A stretch of 63,911 nt of DNA, the filler included, from Bacteroidales bacterium (GTDB lineage Bacteria > Bacteroidota > Bacteroidia > Bacteroidales > CAIWKO01): the NCBI GenBank assembly GCA_035389045.1. It is 3 parts of 3 records of this genome, joined end to end, with 100 filler letters (N's around TTAATTAATTAA, not from the genome) between each part and the next. Parts side by side here need not be neighbours in the genome. Positions count along the whole stretch, not along the records: positions 26,901 to 58,891 come from DAOORA010000055.1; positions 58,992 to 63,911 come from DAOORA010000120.1; 1 more part is not named here. One strand, 5' to 3'. A program made the translations under genes and the position numbers. Below are positions 56,827-63,911 of the stretch, piece by piece (position 1 is the stretch's first letter; every line of letters begins with the position of its first letter). The notes beneath the pieces are model-generated. The model saw only the letters and a program-made list of their open reading frames with translations. It had not been told where the DNA came from and made no database searches.

Positions 56827-57855
56827 ATGAGACACGCCATTTTAATTCTTCTTCTTTTTACATCCGTATCGGTGTTTTCACAGGCAAAAGAAGTAATTTA
56901 CATATTGGAAACCTATGATAAAACAAAAAACATAGATGAACAAAAGGAATTGTACATCAGGGGACAATTGTCCACCGCTTTTGCCAATTCCCCTCTATAT
57001 GAAGCCATTGATTTGCCTGGTATTGATGCAATGATAGACATCAATGCCTTATCAGAAAAAGGATATTTGAGCCCCGAGGCCAAAGCAGCCCTTGGGAAAA
57101 TACCCGGTTGTAAATATTTCCTGTCCACCGAATTGGCTGCATCTGATGGTGAAATTACTATTAGTGTAAAACTTCTTGAGATAGAAACTTTGGTAATGGT
57201 TAAGGGTAAGAGCGCTTCTGAATATATTAAAAACGACAGGGAATCAATTATAGCTGCTTGCAAAAAAATGATCTCCGACTTGTTTGGGACTGGAAGTACA
57301 TCTGGTAATAGTGGCACGAGTATTACTGGGGTTCCAGGCACTTCAAGCACCTTCACCGACCCCCGCGATGGCAAAACCTACAAAACAGTGAAAATTGGCA
57401 ATCAGGTTTGGATGGCCGAAAATCTTAACTACACCACCAACAGCGGCAGTTGGTGTTACGACAACAGTGTATCTAATTGTAATACATACGGCAGATTGTA
57501 CAATTGGGAAACAGCAAAAAATGTATGCCCCTATGGTTGGCATTTGCCTTCAAAAAATGAGTTTGAATCTCTTTTAAAAAATATAGGTATTAACGGAAGC
57601 TATTTCTCCGGTGAAAAGGCTTATATGGAACTTTTAAGTGGCGGCAGCAGTGGATTTAATGCTCTTTTGGGTGGATGGCGTGACGATGATGGTGTTTCTT
57701 TCCGCATAGGAAGTTACGGCAAATGGTGGTCGTATTCGGAGTGGGCAAATGTATACGCCCATGGCCTGTTCCTTTATAACAAGCCCCTTCCGAATGCACA
57801 AGTAAGATACGACGTCAAGAGAATGGGACTTTCAGTACGTTGCATAAAGGACTAA
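56827..57855 (+). CDS. CsgG/FlgO-like N-terminal domain fused to FISUMP (Fibrobacter succinogenes major paralogous) domain
   Basis: FTDPRDGKTYKTVKIGNQVWMAENLNY, YGRLYNW, CPYGWHLPS, GLSVRCIKD; N-domain AIDL..ALGKI..SVKLLEIET. Confidence 0.85.
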   Translation: MRHAILILLLFTSVSVFSQAKEVIYILETYDKTKNIDEQKELYIRGQLSTAFANSPLYEAIDLPGIDAMIDINALSEKGYLSPEAKAALGKIPGCKYFLSTELAASDGEITISVKLLEIETLVMVKGKSASEYIKNDRESIIAACKKMISDLFGTGSTSGNSGTSITGVPGTSSTFTDPRDGKTYKTVKIGNQVWMAENLNYTTNSGSWCYDNSVSNCNTYGRLYNWETAKNVCPYGWHLPSKNEFESLLKNIGINGSYFSGEKAYMELLSGGSSGFNALLGGWRDDDGVSFRIGSYGKWWSYSEWANVYAHGLFLYNKPLPNAQVRYDVKRMGLSVRCIKD

Positions 57856-57881
57856 AAAACAAATAAATAATAACAAACATT

Positions 57882-58348
57882 TTGAAAGTAACACTATCAT
57901 TAATTTTAATAGGACTTACACTATTTGAACAGGAAAAAATATTCGTAATGCCTGCGTATGATACAACCAAATCTGTAAACCTGCCTACTATGCAGTATGT
58001 TCTTGACCAATTTTCAATTTCTTTTGCAAATTCAAAATCTTATCAATCAGTGGATAGGCCAACTATTGAGGCAATGATTGATTCAAAAGCATTCTACGAA
58101 CAAGGATATATTAGTGATAAAGCAAAAATTGAACTTGGAAAAATACGGGATTGTAATAATTATTTACTTGCCCTTATCTCAGGTAATTTAAAAGATATGA
58201 CAATTGATGTCAGTTAAAACCAAATAGAACAGATCGTATAGTAAAAGCTGCAGCACAGTCTGTGTCTAAAAACAAGGATGAAATAAAAGCAGCATATGGG
58301 ATAATTATAAAAGGCCTATTTGGTGGTATACCTGAAGAAACAAAATAA
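57882..58348 (+). pseudogene. disrupted paralog of the CsgG-like N-domain of the upstream gene
   Basis: Aligns with 56827 ORF (YDTTK/YDKTK, SFANS/AFANS, IEAMID/IDAMID, ELGKI/ALGKI); TAA at 58215-58217, then a frameshift continuing DRIVKAAAQSVSKNKDEIKAAYGIIIKGLFG to 58348. Confidence 0.75.
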
Positions 58349-58458
58349 ACAAATACGATAATGCAAAATAAACCTATTGAAAAAAATGGAACACTTTAAA
58401 CGAAGTAAGAAAAGTAGCTCCTTGTTATAAAAAAAAGTTTCCCTTATTAAACAATAAC

Positions 58459-58891
58459 ATGAAAAATATGTACCTCGGCCATATTATTACATTCCAGCTT
58501 TGCTTAAGCAGCTTTTTTGCCTTTTCTCAAATCTCTACCAGGGTGTCTGGTGATCAAATTATTTTGGAATTTGATTTGACAAGATATAATTGTGGTTCCT
58601 CTGAGATTACAGCAAGTATTTCATTTGACGGGGGTAACAACTGGGAGCTTTTGTGCTGTACTACAGGCGATGTAGGTTATGGCGTCAAAGATGGAAAGAA
58701 TAAGAATATTGTATGGAATGTTATGGAATATACCAATGGGAAATCTTTCGTAGAATCGAAAGTAAAGTATTGGATTCATCAAAAAACGTGTTTCTCTACT
58801 TATGCTGATATTAGGAGCTATAGTACAAACGATTTATACTCAACGGTGAAATCCTTTGATATAAAAAAAATAAATGTTGATAATGATGCAA
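58459..58891 (+). CDS. hypothetical exported protein, 3'-truncated by contig end
   Basis: Signal peptide; FDL..SFDGGNNW..GDVG..GKNKNIVWNV domain; frame runs into the linker. Confidence 0.65.
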
Positions 58892-58991
58892 NNNNNNNNN
58901 NNNNNNNNNNNNNNNNNNNNNNNNNNNNNNNNNNNTTAATTAATTAANNNNNNNNNNNNNNNNNNNNNNNNNNNNNNNNNNNNNNNNNNNN
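58892..58991. other. artificial contig linker
   Basis: 44 N + TTAATTAATTAA + 44 N, identical to 26801-26900. Confidence 0.97.
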
Positions 58992-59113
58992 ATGGATTTT
59001 TTAGCGAAACGAGGCAGATTTTGCAGACATAGTTTATCCTATGTCCAAAAACCTAACGAAGTTGCAGCAAAAAAGACGCTTAAAGATATGAAAAGATAAA
59101 ATCAAAACAGTTT

Positions 59114-59533
59114 CTAATAATCCGGAAAATTTATTTCATCTTTCACAACAAAAGCATCCGGGAAATCTCCCAGTATTTTCTGTTTAAACCCCTCGGCATC
59201 CATACGGCTGCGGAAATCGCCGACACGCACCTTGTAATAGGGAGACTGAAATACCAGGTAAACACCGGTTTCGGGATACATGGTCATGAAAAGCCCTTTT
59301 TTGTTGTATGCCCGGCTTTTGGAGTTGTTACCCGATTCGAAGAATATCTGTACACGCCATCCGGTGATTTTTTGTTTTTCGTTGAGATAAATATGCTTTT
59401 CCACCAGCGACACTATCCTCGGATCCTCAATAATGGTGACATTCTGGCGCGATGTGCCGTTTTGTGCGTAGGAGATTTTTGAAACAAATAAAACAAAAAC
59501 CAGAATAAGTATTCTGATAAAATACAGTTTCAT
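59114..59533 (-). CDS. SPOR domain protein
   Basis: Signal peptide; GWRVQIF, PYYKVRVGDFRSRMDAE, FPDAFVV. Confidence 0.88.
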   Translation of the reverse strand: MKLYFIRILILVFVLFVSKISYAQNGTSRQNVTIIEDPRIVSLVEKHIYLNEKQKITGWRVQIFFESGNNSKSRAYNKKGLFMTMYPETGVYLVFQSPYYKVRVGDFRSRMDAEGFKQKILGDFPDAFVVKDEINFPDY

Positions 59534-59549
59534 AAAAGGGTTTTCATTA

Positions 59550-60395
59550 TTATTTTGACAGATAATCCAATTCTTTGGGGTGTACACTCATGACGGGAAT
59601 GGGAGAGTTGTTCACCATTTGCTGGGCGTAAGGCCCCAGCCAGATATTGGATATTTCAAGCTCCTGTTCTGTCATGATGATGATAAGGTCTGCCTTGATT
59701 TCTTCAGCATATTTGATCGTGGCCGTAGTGATATTTTCTGCATCTATTGTTTTTACCTCATGTTTTACATTGTTCTCATCCAGGAACGACGATACCTGGT
59801 TGGCATAACTGGTCACCTTATTACGCACGGCTTTCAAGGATGACGACTGTAACTCAAGTACATGGATCTCGGAGTTGAAACATTTGGCAAACTCCATCGC
59901 AAAAGGCACTTTTTGACGTGTAGATGTAGAATTATCTATGGGTAAAACAATTTTCTGAATGTTCTTTTTCAGGGGAAACGACTCCCGGAGTGTGATAACA
60001 GGGCAGGGAGAATACGTCACTATTTTGGTGGCGTTACTTCCGATCCAGAAAGCCTCAAATCCCGAAACACCATGAGATCCGGCAATGATAAGATAGGCGT
60101 CATTATATTTGGCCTGATTGGCAATTTCTTTGTAGATTTTTCCTTTTCGCAGTTTATAGGACAGCTTGCATTTTTTCAGGTGGGGAGAATACTTTTCAAT
60201 CAATTCTTCAAGCCGTTCTTTGGCTTCCTGGCGATGCTCGTGGTCGGCATTGTTAAAAATTGAATCGTCGCTATCGGGTTTGTCAACCCACACCATCATA
60301 ATATGGGCGTCAACGGCATTGGCAATGGTAATTGCCATTTCCAGTGCATGTATGGAATGTTTTGAAAAGTCAATAGCTACAACAATTTGTTTCAT
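59550..60395 (-). CDS. universal stress protein (tandem USP domains)
   Basis: IVVAIDFSKHS, IIAGSHG..IGSNA..PCPVIT, ADLIIIMT, PIPVMSV. Confidence 0.92.
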   Translation of the reverse strand: MKQIVVAIDFSKHSIHALEMAITIANAVDAHIMMVWVDKPDSDDSIFNNADHEHRQEAKERLEELIEKYSPHLKKCKLSYKLRKGKIYKEIANQAKYNDAYLIIAGSHGVSGFEAFWIGSNATKIVTYSPCPVITLRESFPLKKNIQKIVLPIDNSTSTRQKVPFAMEFAKCFNSEIHVLELQSSSLKAVRNKVTSYANQVSSFLDENNVKHEVKTIDAENITTATIKYAEEIKADLIIIMTEQELEISNIWLGPYAQQMVNNSPIPVMSVHPKELDYLSK

Positions 60396-60746
60396 ATAAC
60401 GTAGTTTTATTGTTTTATTCTGCTAAATTAAATAAAAAATCAGATACAACAAATATCTTTCAGGAAATAAAATTATTTTTTTTGGACTGATATAAAATAC
60501 TGTTGATTGCGGGTTTGTCAAATTTTAATGGCAATTTTTTTTTTTTGAGGTGCCAGCGCGGACTCTCTCCTTAAAACATAGTATTTTGATTCATATAAAA
60601 ATCTTATTATCCATAGTTCGTAGGGCTTAAATATCAATAGAATGATCATGTCAGGATTTTTTTATAGACGTACATTTTATAATACCGGAATCATAAAAAA
60701 GATTTTTCCTTTAATTCCTGATAGGTATTTATATCAGGGATTTTAT

Positions 60747-60754
60747 TAATTTTG
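60747..60754 (+). promoter_or_regulatory. Bacteroidota -7 promoter box (TAATTTTG) for ruvB-queG
   Basis: TAnnTTTG 19 nt before ATG 60774. Confidence 0.55.
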
Positions 60755-60773
60755 TTTAAACAAAAGAACGACA

Positions 60774-61802
60774 ATGACCCAAGGTATACTTGATCCCGGT
60801 AAAGACCATCTTTCTTCCAGCGAACTTGAATTTGAGAAATTTCTTCGTCCATCAACATTCTCCTCTTTTGCCGGCCAGGGTCAGGTCGTTGAGAATCTTA
60901 AGATTTTTGTTGAAGCCGCAAAACTGCGGGGCGAATCGCTGGATCATGTATTGTTGCACGGGCCTCCGGGTCTGGGTAAAACAACCCTGAGTTATATCAT
61001 CGCCAATGAACTCGGCGTAGGGATAAAGGTTACCTCTGGTCCGGTTCTTGACAAACCGGGCGACCTGGCGGGTTTGCTTACCAACCTTGAACCCAACGAC
61101 GTGCTTTTCATCGATGAGATTCACCGTCTGTCGCCCATCATTGAAGAATACCTGTATTCTGCAATGGAAGATTATAAGATAGACATCATGATCGAGAGCG
61201 GGCCCAATGCACGCAGCGTTCAGATTTCACTCAATCCGTTCACACTGATAGGCGCCACTACCCGGTCGGGATTGCTCACGGCCCCGTTGCGGTCGCGTTT
61301 CGGGATCAATACACGCTTGTCATACTATGACGCCGATGTATTAAAGACGATCATCGAACGTTCGGCACGTATTATTAATGTGGACATAGAGCATAACGCA
61401 GCTTTCGAAATTGCACGCCGGAGCCGGGGGACTCCGCGTATTGCCAACCTCCTGCTGCGGCGCATACGTGACTTTGCACAAATAAAAGGTTCAGGCACCA
61501 TTGACCTGAACATCACCAATATTGCGCTTACCGCTTTAAATGTTGATAAAAACGGCCTCGACGAGATGGATATCAAGATACTGACCACCATCATTGATAA
61601 ATTCAAGGGCGGCCCCGTGGGGTTAACAACAATCGCAACGGCAGTGAGCGAAGATGCCGGAACCATAGAGGAAGTTTATGAACCTTTTCTGATCATGGAA
61701 GGATACCTCATGCGCACCCCGCGCGGACGTGAAGCCACCGAAAAAGCATACAAACATCTTGGCCGGATCAATCCTGCGGCTCAGCAGACACTTTTTCAGT
61801 AA
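60774..61802 (+). CDS. ruvB: Holliday junction branch migration helicase RuvB
   Basis: [49 protein letters not shown]. Confidence 0.98.
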   Translation: MTQGILDPGKDHLSSSELEFEKFLRPSTFSSFAGQGQVVENLKIFVEAAKLRGESLDHVLLHGPPGLGKTTLSYIIANELGVGIKVTSGPVLDKPGDLAGLLTNLEPNDVLFIDEIHRLSPIIEEYLYSAMEDYKIDIMIESGPNARSVQISLNPFTLIGATTRSGLLTAPLRSRFGINTRLSYYDADVLKTIIERSARIINVDIEHNAAFEIARRSRGTPRIANLLLRRIRDFAQIKGSGTIDLNITNIALTALNVDKNGLDEMDIKILTTIIDKFKGGPVGLTTIATAVSEDAGTIEEVYEPFLIMEGYLMRTPRGREATEKAYKHLGRINPAAQQTLFQ

Positions 61803-61810
61803 GCCACCCA

Positions 61811-62764
61811 ATGAAATCCCCTGAACTTTCTTTGGAAATAAAGAAAAAAATCCTGGATACGGGGGCTTCGGACTGCGGATTTGCCAGGGCAGAAAAACTT
61901 CAACGGGAATATGATTTTCTCAAACAATGGCTCGCCAAAGGATTCCATGCAGGAAGAGACTACCTGGAACGAACCGCAGAGTCAAGGGGCAACCCGGAGC
62001 TTGTTGTCCCGGGTGCAAAAACCGTTATCGCAGCCTTGTACAATTATTATTTGCCCGACACCCTTTCGCAAAAACAATGTTACAGGATTTCAAGATATGC
62101 TTTTGGCAGGGATTATCATATGGTCATAAAAGAACGGTTGGAAAGTGTGGCTGTATTTATCAGGCAGGTGACGGAAAGCCATAACACACGTGTTTTTGTG
62201 GATACTGCCGCGGTTTTTGAAAAAGCCTGGGCGCAGCGCGCCGGGCTGGGATGGATAGGCAAAAATTCCCTTCTGGTCAATAAAAAATCCGGGTCTTTTC
62301 ATTTTATCGGACTTATTATCACCGATGCAGAACTGCAATATGATGTACCTGTTGAAGAGCAGTGCGGAAATTGCAATCTGTGTGTGGAGGCTTGCCCTAC
62401 AGGCGCACTGGTCGGTCCGCACGAACTGGATATTCATAAGTGCATAACCGGTATGACTATGGACCAGAAAAATCCTTTGCCTGCTGAACGGAGAAGTCAG
62501 TTTGGCGCCTTTATATACGGTTGTGATATCTGCCAGGAAGCCTGCCCGTGGAATAAAGGTCTGAAACCCAATGATGATAAATATTTTCAGATTTCCGGAT
62601 CATTGAAAAAAATGTCAGCTGCCGAATGGGAAAACCTCAGCGAAGAGAGATTTATTGAAATTACAGAACATTCCGCAATGAAGAAGATCAGCTTTTCCAC
62701 CTTGAAACGGAATATTGATTTTATTCGAATGGGAAAAATCAACCATTCTGATAACACTCCGTGA
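61811..62764 (+). CDS. queG: tRNA epoxyqueuosine(34) reductase
   Basis: SRYAFGRDYH, AGLGWIGKNS, CGNCNLCVEACPTGA, GCDICQEACPWN. Confidence 0.95.
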   Translation: MKSPELSLEIKKKILDTGASDCGFARAEKLQREYDFLKQWLAKGFHAGRDYLERTAESRGNPELVVPGAKTVIAALYNYYLPDTLSQKQCYRISRYAFGRDYHMVIKERLESVAVFIRQVTESHNTRVFVDTAAVFEKAWAQRAGLGWIGKNSLLVNKKSGSFHFIGLIITDAELQYDVPVEEQCGNCNLCVEACPTGALVGPHELDIHKCITGMTMDQKNPLPAERRSQFGAFIYGCDICQEACPWNKGLKPNDDKYFQISGSLKKMSAAEWENLSEERFIEITEHSAMKKISFSTLKRNIDFIRMGKINHSDNTP

Positions 62765-62896
62765 GATCTCATGATGCCAGGCACCAGACCGGCTGAATAT
62801 GGGCTATACGCATAAAAAACGATATTCATATAGTGTCTGCATTATGGAATAGGGTGTTGAAACCATACATGCTCACCGATAGACAGCTTAAACCCT

Positions 62897-63180
62897 TTAT
62901 TTTTCACGATACTGGTAACTTTGAAATCAGTTCTCCGGTTCATCTGGAATTCTTCTTCGGTACACTCCACGCTATTGACGCATTTGTTCACGGGAACGCT
63001 TTGTCCCTAGCCTTTAGCATTTATCCGTGACGCATCCACTACTTTGGAAATGATATAGTTGACAGCTGATTCAGCACGTTTTTGTGAGAGATTCTGTTTG
63101 TATGTGTCTTTTCCCATGGAATCGGTATATGAGTCAGATTCAATGTTGATCTCCGGGTTTTCGACCATGATCTTTACCCT
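62897..63180 (-). pseudogene. decayed OmpA-like peptidoglycan-binding C-terminal domain fragment
   Basis: Minus-strand translation VKIMVENPEINIESDSYTDSMGKDTYKQNLSQKRAESAVNYII..RINAKG*GQSVPVNKC..EFQMNRRTDFKV; in-frame TAG at 63007-63009; no start or N-terminal domains. Confidence 0.85.
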
Positions 63181-63434
63181 ATTGACACGGAATCGGTAGT
63201 GTAAATGTTAATCCCTGATAACCAAAAAATTGTGAGATCAATAAATTACACAAACCAATGGCAAGCTGAGTAAACTGAGCTTGTGAAAGTTAAATATATA
63301 ATCCCTTACCATGAATAAATTACAAATCACATTCATTGGCAAAATCTGAATACCTGAAAATTTATACGAGAAATTATTCTATATTGTAAGAACAAATTTT
63401 GTATTTTCGTGGAGTTGAAAATAAACACTTCATT

Positions 63435-63812
63435 ATGAGGAAATTATTGATTTTGTTGCTATTATTCATTGTAATTCTTAGTTTTATATCCTGCCGCAAA
63501 TGTGAGGTCGTTGGAAGGCGTATTGTGGGTACATGGACTATATCAAAGGATAATGAACCGATAACACTTGATTTTGCAAAAAACGGTAAATTGAGAATTA
63601 CCTCTCTGAATTATAATGCTGACGGGTGGTATACGTTTGAAACACCTGGAAAAAGAACATTTAAAGATGTTCATCTGTTTATCAGGACGTATAATGATAA
63701 TACCATGGATAGTTTCACACCCGACTTTGACGGTGATGTCCTTCTGCTGGAGCCGGATAGCACCAATAGCCCCCACGCTTTTTTGGAGGGGTTTTATGAG
63801 CGGGTGAAATGA
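63435..63812 (+). CDS. hypothetical lipoprotein (lipocalin-like IVGTW motif)
   Basis: MRKLLILLLLFIVILSFIS-C lipobox; IVGTWT..LDFAKNG. Confidence 0.7.
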   Translation: MRKLLILLLLFIVILSFISCRKCEVVGRRIVGTWTISKDNEPITLDFAKNGKLRITSLNYNADGWYTFETPGKRTFKDVHLFIRTYNDNTMDSFTPDFDGDVLLLEPDSTNSPHAFLEGFYERVK

Positions 63813-63856
63813 TACTATCTGATAAGTTTTTGCAGTTATAGGGTTGACAGCTCCCT

Positions 63857-63911
63857 TTATTTTTTCCCGATGCTGGTAACTTTGAACTCGGTTCTTCGGT
63901 TCATCTGGAAT
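63857..63911 (-). CDS. 3' end of an OmpA-domain (PorE-like) gene, partial at window edge
   Basis: Minus strand FQMNRRTEFKVTSIGKK-stop. Confidence 0.75.
   Translation of the reverse strand, partial: FQMNRRTEFKVTSIGKK

Noticed and set aside
56827..58891. Complete diversity-generating retroelement
   Set aside because: No reverse transcriptase, Avd or template repeat visible; kept only as a weak remote-target hypothesis.
60547..60566. Minus-strand GAGTCCGCGCTGGCACCTC resembling a tRNA-Cys 3' end (att-like)
   Set aside because: Under 20 nt, spacing off by one, no TTCG loop, no integrase; could be chance.
35065..62764. queD/folE plus queG as a 7-deazaguanine DNA-modification (dpd) cluster
   Set aside because: On different contigs, with ordinary housekeeping neighbours and no dpdA/tgt-like or queC/queE genes; consistent with normal folate/queuosine metabolism.

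Overview
Bacteroidota (Bacteroidales-like) genomic DNA, judged from the TAnnTTTG -7 promoter boxes, four T9SS C-terminal sorting domains and the gene content. The window is three contigs joined by artificial 100-nt linkers (N44-TTAATTAATTAA-N44 at 26801-26900 and 58892-58991), so adjacency across those points is meaningless. Contig 1 carries a T9SS protein with dockerin-like and cohesin-like domains, an M4 protease, argS, four tandem TMTC-like (GT-C glycosyltransferase + TPR) genes followed by an extended SDR and a steroid 5-alpha-reductase-family gene, then a USP, a class III aminotransferase, an FAH-family gene, a DnaQ-like exonuclease and a TPR/PD40 protein. Contig 2 carries a 1902-aa mosaic LamG/PKD T9SS protein, a GIY-YIG nuclease next to a tandem array of nested palindromic REP-like repeats, hup, queD-folE, fabD, a Wbp-type nucleotide-sugar operon, waaA, several secreted proteins, and an AT-rich island ending in a CsgG-like/FISUMP gene and a pseudogene. 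Contig 3 carries SPOR, USP, ruvB, queG and a decayed duplicate of the 3' end of an OmpA-domain gene. The best candidates for an undescribed system are (1) the four-paralog TMTC-like protein O-glycosyltransferase array with its SDR/5-alpha-reductase neighbours and (2) the GIY-YIG-associated nested palindromic repeat array. I saw no rRNA, complete tRNA, CRISPR array, transposase or reverse transcriptase. All family calls come from motif recognition by eye, not database searches.
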